This document shows positions 34,289-39,438 of a stretch of DNA of 39,438 bases, piece after piece. The first letter of the stretch is position 1; each line of letters opens with the position of its first letter. This DNA comes from a virus (taxonomy: Duplodnaviria; Caudoviricetes): positions 1-39,438 of IMG/VR virus record IMGVR_UViG_3300021510_000002. One strand, given 5' to 3'. The notes under the pieces are model-generated. The model ran no database searches. It had not been told where the DNA came from and saw only the letters and a list, made by a program, of their open reading frames with translations. The position numbers and the translations under genes were made by a program.

Positions 34289-35847
34289 TGCCTATTCTCT
34301 CCTCCAAACGCATCAAGGAACGCTGCACTGACTTCTCAGGAGGCCAGAACTCAGGCGTTGAACCCGCCTCTGTCAAAGAAAACCAAGCCGAGCTACTAGA
34401 GAACTGCATCATTACCCGCCGAGGAAAAGTCACCCAGCGGGGAGGTCTCACACTCCTCGGCACTTCAAACGGAACCTCCAACAAAATCTTAGGTCTCCAT
34501 CACTTCTCCGCTGGTTCTACACTAGACACAGTCTTAAGAGCCCGCCTGACAAAGATCCAACGTTTAAACCCTGGCTTTACCGATTGGACCGACATTACCG
34601 GCCTTACAACCTTAACAACAGGTCTCACCACAAACTTTGTCCAGGCCCTGGACCGCACATTCATCTTAAACGGCACAGATAATGTGTTCTCTATCGACAC
34701 CTCCTTCGCCGTGACAGACGAAGCCAATACGAATACGAGCTTTCCTCGCACTTTATTTGCTGAATGGGCCGCCAATAACCGGATGTTTGCGGCGGGAAGC
34801 CTCACTCAATCTCTAAGGGATTATGTTTACTTCTCCAACACTTTAGCCCCCCAGACCTGGGACAGGACCCTAAACCTCTTTAAAGTCCGCTCCGGTAACG
34901 GAGGCAAAGTCACCTGGCTTAAGATGTTTAAGAACTCAGAGCTCATTATCTATAAGAACGACTCAATCTTTGTTCTCAATATGACCGGCGCTACACCCTT
35001 AACCGATTGGACAGTCCAGCCTCTTGCAACCTCAATCGGCTGCACTGCCGGGCGCACGGTAGCCGACATTGGAAATGACCAGATATTCTTAGCCAACGAC
35101 AACAGTGTCAGGCTCCTCTCCCGCACGACCTTTGATAAGATCAGCCTTGGTGTCATATCTGAACCCATCCAAGACATTATGGATGATATCAATCAGGACG
35201 CCATTCAAGAGTCGGTGGGCTGGTTTGAGAACGGTCTATATATCCTGGGTGTTCCTGTAGGGACATCTACCATCCCTAACCGGTTTGTGATCTGGGATTC
35301 TGTCGCAGCCGAAAGAAACGGTGACCCCAGCTCCGCTTGGACCTCGATACCTATTAACACCTGGAATCTCTCCTCGTTTACATCTTTCGGGTTCGGGGAC
35401 AATACGAGAACTATTGTGGGAGGCTCATCCTTAGCCGATTCTCTTTGCTATAAAATCCTATTCGGCGAGACAGACAACGGAACCACAATCGTTCAAACAA
35501 TCATCTCCCGCCAACATGACTTCAAGGATCAATTCTTTGAAAAGGTTTTTGACCCGGTCGAGATGGTGGCTGAGACTGGCTCAGACGCCACCTACAACTA
35601 TTCAATCGATATAGATCGTCAGGGCTTCTCAAGCTTTGGGACTTCTGTCTTATCGGGAGCCTTGCAAACCCCGTTTACGACCCCCGCCACAACAGGCGGG
35701 AACCAAATCAGAGCCTCTAACTTTAGGACGAAGTTTAAAGGCCGCGGGAAAACGGTAAGGGTGAAGATCGAGAACACAATCTCATCCACTGTCCCGGCTT
35801 TCCTTGAATATACAATTCATGCCCGGCCATACGAAGGGAGGATTTAG
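34288..35847 (+). CDS. tail nozzle / stabilisation protein (P22 gp10 or tubular B-like)
   Basis: DFSGG, LENC...QRGG, beta-propeller repeats, IGC, ISEPI. Confidence 0.8.
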   Translation: MPILSSKRIKERCTDFSGGQNSGVEPASVKENQAELLENCIITRRGKVTQRGGLTLLGTSNGTSNKILGLHHFSAGSTLDTVLRARLTKIQRLNPGFTDWTDITGLTTLTTGLTTNFVQALDRTFILNGTDNVFSIDTSFAVTDEANTNTSFPRTLFAEWAANNRMFAAGSLTQSLRDYVYFSNTLAPQTWDRTLNLFKVRSGNGGKVTWLKMFKNSELIIYKNDSIFVLNMTGATPLTDWTVQPLATSIGCTAGRTVADIGNDQIFLANDNSVRLLSRTTFDKISLGVISEPIQDIMDDINQDAIQESVGWFENGLYILGVPVGTSTIPNRFVIWDSVAAERNGDPSSAWTSIPINTWNLSSFTSFGFGDNTRTIVGGSSLADSLCYKILFGETDNGTTIVQTIISRQHDFKDQFFEKVFDPVEMVAETGSDATYNYSIDIDRQGFSSFGTSVLSGALQTPFTTPATTGGNQIRASNFRTKFKGRGKTVRVKIENTISSTVPAFLEYTIHARPYEGRI

Positions 35848-36057
35848 GTGCCTTTATCCAGCCTTTCTTTATCAGTCTTAGATGCCCAGGTCAATCTTAT
35901 CCAGCGTGATGTGACTTCTTTCGATAATAAGGTCGCGGTCATCCAATCACAGGTGGACGTCTTAAATAAGCAGTTAAGCGACTTAAAGCGTCAGAGAACA
36001 ACCCTCATTTCAAATCTTAACCAGCTTCAATCCGATATCACCCAGGAGACTCCTTAA
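35848..36057 (+). CDS. coiled-coil small virion protein
   Basis: Continuous heptads; GGAGG RBS. Confidence 0.6.
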   Translation: MPLSSLSLSVLDAQVNLIQRDVTSFDNKVAVIQSQVDVLNKQLSDLKRQRTTLISNLNQLQSDITQETP

Positions 36058-36058
36058 A

Positions 36059-36724
36059 ATGGCTATTGTAGTCCTACCCTCTTATGGTGCTGACCCCCAG
36101 ACAGTAAACGCAGCCAATCTAAACGGAAAGGTCGATCCACTTTGTACGGACTATAACGGAAATATCGAGAACGTGAATATCTCAGCCTCTGCCGGCATTG
36201 TCTACTCAAAGCTCGCCCTAACGAACGGAATAGTGAACGCGGATATTAACTCCTCTGCCGCAATCGTAGATACGAAGCTTGCAACGATTTCAACGGCCGC
36301 AAAGGTCAATGTGTCTGCCTTAACAGGAACTGGTATCCCACTAGCCAGTTACATCACGACGCTTACCGGCGTCATAAACCTCATCATAGATGGTGGCGGG
36401 TCTGCGATCACAACCGGCATTAAACTTGATGTTTATATTCCAGTAGGCTTAACCATCACAGAATCCACCCTGCTTGCAGACCAGTCCGGCTCCATTGTGC
36501 TTGATCTTTGGGTGGATACGTACAGTGCATATCCTCCAACCGTTGCCGACACCATCACGGCATCCGCGAAGCCAACACTCTCATCCGCAACCAAAGCACA
36601 GGACGCCACCTTAACCGGCTGGACAGCCGCCATTGCCGCAGGGAAGTCTCTGAGGGTGAATGTTGATTCTGCATCTACTGTAACTAGAGTCGTGCTGGCT
36701 CTGAAATACTTGAGGACAAGCTGA
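36059..36724 (+). CDS. tail fibre protein
   Basis: IVNADINSSAAI..TKL repeats; DGGGSAITTG...DQSGS C-terminal domain. Confidence 0.75.
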   Translation: MAIVVLPSYGADPQTVNAANLNGKVDPLCTDYNGNIENVNISASAGIVYSKLALTNGIVNADINSSAAIVDTKLATISTAAKVNVSALTGTGIPLASYITTLTGVINLIIDGGGSAITTGIKLDVYIPVGLTITESTLLADQSGSIVLDLWVDTYSAYPPTVADTITASAKPTLSSATKAQDATLTGWTAAIAAGKSLRVNVDSASTVTRVVLALKYLRTS

Positions 36725-37401
36725 TGCCTGGCGGAGGAAATGACGCCAACACACTTCTCCTTCTTCACTGTGACGGCACAAACAACTCAACCACCTTCAT
36801 AGACTCTTCTTCTCAAGCAAGAACCATGACTGCAAACGGAGGCGCAAAACTTGTCACGGCACAGCAGAAATTTGGCACAGCAAGTTATCTCGTAGACGGC
36901 GTGAATGGAACCTTTGTTACAGCACCTCACATCTCTGCTGATGATTTCGGCGCAGGCAGCTTCACCATTGATATGTGGGTAAGATTCAATACGATAAGCC
37001 AGAAATACATCATAAACCGCAATGCTTCAGTTGTGAATAACTGTGACCTTCTCATGAACTCATCCAGCAACGTTCAGTTCTTTATCATGGGAAGTACTGT
37101 TATTAACGCTACATGGTCTCCAAGTACCGCCATTTGGTATCACATCGCCTTTGTCAGAAACGGCTCTGCCTGTGACTTCTATGTGAACGGTACGTCTGTA
37201 GGCTCAGGCTCTAATAGTTCCTCCGTTACCGATACAAATGGTTGGGCAATAGGTGGCGCAAGAAACGGTGTGCTTTGTTTTGACGGATGGTTAGATGAGA
37301 TTAGAATAAGCAATGTTGCCCGCTGGACAACAGCCTTCACCCCTGAGACCACACCCTACGGCCAAGCCAGTGCAGGTCTTAACCAGGCAATCTTTCTTTA
37401 A
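36724..37401 (+). CDS. LamG/concanavalin-like receptor-binding protein
   Basis: LLLHCDG, FTIDMW, WYHIAFVR, GWLDEIRIS. Confidence 0.85.
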   Translation: MPGGGNDANTLLLLHCDGTNNSTTFIDSSSQARTMTANGGAKLVTAQQKFGTASYLVDGVNGTFVTAPHISADDFGAGSFTIDMWVRFNTISQKYIINRNASVVNNCDLLMNSSSNVQFFIMGSTVINATWSPSTAIWYHIAFVRNGSACDFYVNGTSVGSGSNSSSVTDTNGWAIGGARNGVLCFDGWLDEIRISNVARWTTAFTPETTPYGQASAGLNQAIFL

Positions 37402-37402
37402 C

Positions 37403-37717
37403 ATGATAACCACAGTCAAGGACTCCTCAGGCCGCGTCATTGCTTACCTCGCCTCTAAACAAGTCGGTCAATCCGGCATTGAGAAATTCCGTGGCGAGTA
37501 CTTATTCATCTCCGACCTATGGATCCATGCAAGCCATCACAATGACTGGTCTATCTACAGAAGCCTTATGCATCAAGCCCTGCTTAGATCCAAAGGCGTC
37601 ATATGGATATACTTTGAAAGACACAAGTATCACGATAGACTATCTAAACTGTATAGTCTTGAAAAAATAATTGCACTTATAAAAAAGGAAGATTACTGTG
37701 GAAGTTTTATCAGCTAG
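37403..37717 (+). CDS. GNAT-like tail-associated small protein
   Basis: YLFISDLWIH strand pattern; sits before the ejection genes. Confidence 0.5.
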   Translation: MITTVKDSSGRVIAYLASKQVGQSGIEKFRGEYLFISDLWIHASHHNDWSIYRSLMHQALLRSKGVIWIYFERHKYHDRLSKLYSLEKIIALIKKEDYCGSFIS

Positions 37718-38174
37718 GGGAGATAAAATATTAATAGATAGGAAAAGTTTGCCAAAACTTCTGGGTAGAAAAATATGTTCATTGGCTCCTTCTAAAGTTG
37801 GTATCAAATATTCAATAGTTACAATAAATAAAAAGAATGTGTATGTTCATAGGTTAGTTATGGATTGTCCTAGACATATGCAAGTTGACCATATAAATAG
37901 AAATGGTCTTGATAACAGAATAAAAAATCTTAGAATTTGTACTGGAAGTCAGAATATGGCTCACACACCTTTAAGAAGAAAATCAAGAAGTGGTTATAGA
38001 GGAGTTGTTAGAAAAGGAAATAGTTGGTCGGTAAAAATAAGAAATAATAATAAGGAATATTATCTTGGTTCATTTAACAGTCTTATAAATGCAGCAAGAG
38101 CATATGATTTGGAGGCAATTAAAATGCATGGCGAATTTGCAACATTAAACTTTAAAAAAATGGTAGGTGTCTGA
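37698..38174 (+). CDS. HNH-AP2 homing endonuclease
   Basis: YVHRLV...VDHINRNGLDNR..NLR; SGYRGV...YLGSF...AARAYD...GEFATLNF; very AT-rich. Confidence 0.92.
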   Translation: MEVLSARGDKILIDRKSLPKLLGRKICSLAPSKVGIKYSIVTINKKNVYVHRLVMDCPRHMQVDHINRNGLDNRIKNLRICTGSQNMAHTPLRRKSRSGYRGVVRKGNSWSVKIRNNNKEYYLGSFNSLINAARAYDLEAIKMHGEFATLNFKKMVGV

Positions 38175-38269
38175 TGTCTAGTAATTATCTAGGAATAAAG
38201 TATCTTAAACCAAAGTGGCAAAGTCAGATATCTGATAATGCTCCTTTAAATAAGGAGATGCCAACATAG
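38174..38269 (+). CDS. 31-aa coupling micro-ORF
   Basis: TGATG overlap with the HNH-AP2 stop; its TAG overlaps the ATA at 38266. Confidence 0.35.
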   Translation: MSSNYLGIKYLKPKWQSQISDNAPLNKEMPT

Positions 38270-39219
38270 GCGGCTCACCAGACCCCCCGAACGCACCTCC
38301 GGCACCACCATCAAACCTTGAAACCTCAGCCCAGGCAATCCAAGCCCAGATAGACGCGCTTCCAAAAATCCTTGAAGCCCAGAGGCAATATGGCGGTCAA
38401 TTCAGCCAAGAGCAGCTTGATTCTCTATCGAAGTATGGGCCGCAATTTGCCCAAGCCGCCCTAGACCTCGAAGAAAGGTTTGCTCCACAGTACAAACGTA
38501 TCTCAGATACTTTAAATCCTGAGATAGGCCTCGCTCAAAAAGGCCTTGCCGATTACCTTGGAGGCAATGACCAGGCAGAATTTGAGGCTCTCAGTCCGGG
38601 ACTCCTAGAACAAGTAAGAGCAGGCCAATCGGAGCGGGGCTTGGGTGCAATCTCGCCTCTTGGAAGCATAGACGAATCAGTCCAGCTCCAGCAACTAAAA
38701 CAGAGCCTGAAGGATAGAAGACTTAACGTTCAGTTATCAACCGCAGGCCGTGTCCCCATCGGCGGCATAGCTAATGTCCAAGGTCAAACCGGCACAAGTC
38801 AATTGGTTCAGAATGTGTCTCCTAATGACATCTTCAGTAACCAACATTCAATCAATGCCTTCAATGCAAGCATATTTAATACACAAGGGTCGATCTTTGG
38901 CTCTCAAGCCGCAAGCTCAGGAAATCCTTTCGGGTCCATATTGGGCGGTATCACAGGGGGTGCCTCAGGTGCATTTGGCACCAAAGTAGGCAATGCTATT
39001 CCATTCTTCTGCTGGGTTGCCGCCACGGTCTTCGATGGCTGGGATGACCCCAGGACTCATAATGCCCGTAGGTTCATTCTGATGTCTGCCCCAGACTGGC
39101 TCAGGTTGTTATACATCAAGTACGGTGAATCCATAGCAAACTTCATCAGTACGAAGCCTATCTTAAAGGCCATCATCAAACCATTCTTCAGTTGGATGGC
39201 TCAGAAAGGAGCACTCTAA
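38266..39219 (+). CDS. internal virion/ejection protein, 317 aa from a probable ATA start, with CFI-box-like C-terminal domain
   Basis: Frame open from 38254; AAGGAG 8 nt before ATA; xGGSPDPPNAPPAPP start; Q/G-rich; CWVAATVFDG...APDW...Y..YGE. Confidence 0.75.
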   Translation: MGGSPDPPNAPPAPPSNLETSAQAIQAQIDALPKILEAQRQYGGQFSQEQLDSLSKYGPQFAQAALDLEERFAPQYKRISDTLNPEIGLAQKGLADYLGGNDQAEFEALSPGLLEQVRAGQSERGLGAISPLGSIDESVQLQQLKQSLKDRRLNVQLSTAGRVPIGGIANVQGQTGTSQLVQNVSPNDIFSNQHSINAFNASIFNTQGSIFGSQAASSGNPFGSILGGITGGASGAFGTKVGNAIPFFCWVAATVFDGWDDPRTHNARRFILMSAPDWLRLLYIKYGESIANFISTKPILKAIIKPFFSWMAQKGAL

Positions 39220-39438
39220 TGGGCTTTGGCAAATCATTTGATGAGGCCTTCAGAACCGCCTTACCAGGCGGGCAAGCCGCGGCCTTGGAAGCCATCAAAG
39301 AGAAAATCAAGAAGAATGATGACCAAAGGCAATCAGGAGCTATCTTTGATGAGATTCACCAAAGAATATTAGCAAATGCGGCTAAGCAGGGCACAAGTCC
39401 TGAAGAACTAGACGCCATGAGTAAAAAGTTTGATAAGC
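39219..39438 (+). CDS. internal virion protein, truncated by the window end
   Basis: AAGGAG RBS, TAATG overlap; MGFGKSFDEAF... open to the end. Confidence 0.65.
   Translation, partial: MGFGKSFDEAFRTALPGGQAAALEAIKEKIKKNDDQRQSGAIFDEIHQRILANAAKQGTSPEELDAMSKKFDK

Noticed and set aside
31683-37401. Diversity-generating retroelement or invertible fibre cassette
   Set aside because: No reverse transcriptase, template/variable repeat pair, invertase or inverted sites are visible in this window.

Overview
This window is most of a tailed dsDNA phage genome with podovirus-like gene order. It opens in a rightward membrane/lysis block (1-1457). A long leftward early/middle block follows (1502-17274), holding an HNH endonuclease, a C5 DNA methyltransferase, many tiny ORFs, a RusA/SSB/Sak4/Cas4-like recombination module and DUF932. 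That block is interrupted by an inverted AAA replication gene with a divergent RHH regulator. The rightward late block runs terS, terL, portal, scaffold, major capsid, a six-gene glycosyltransferase/methyltransferase island, fibre and tail proteins, an HNH-AP2 endonuclease, then ejection proteins that run off the end. The most notable observations are: (1) a complete dnaX-type -1 frameshift cassette at the end of a holin-like gene; (2) a C5 MTase written in three frames, with a +1 break at TTT-TGA, an overprinted beta-type ORF and an orphaned duplicate motif X beyond the HNH gene; (3) a candidate virion glycosylation system with two Cys4-motif GT9 enzymes; (4) a family of hairpins with GC-GNA-GC loops and tandem G.A mismatches, one sitting in frame inside a nuclease gene; (5) a promoter- and terminator-bounded antisense sRNA candidate with a second target copy; (6) an array of micro-genes sharing an MKP start junction; (7) probable ATA and ATC start codons; (8) a tRNA-shaped non-tRNA ending in CCA. 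All product calls come from motif recognition and synteny by eye; no database searches were run.
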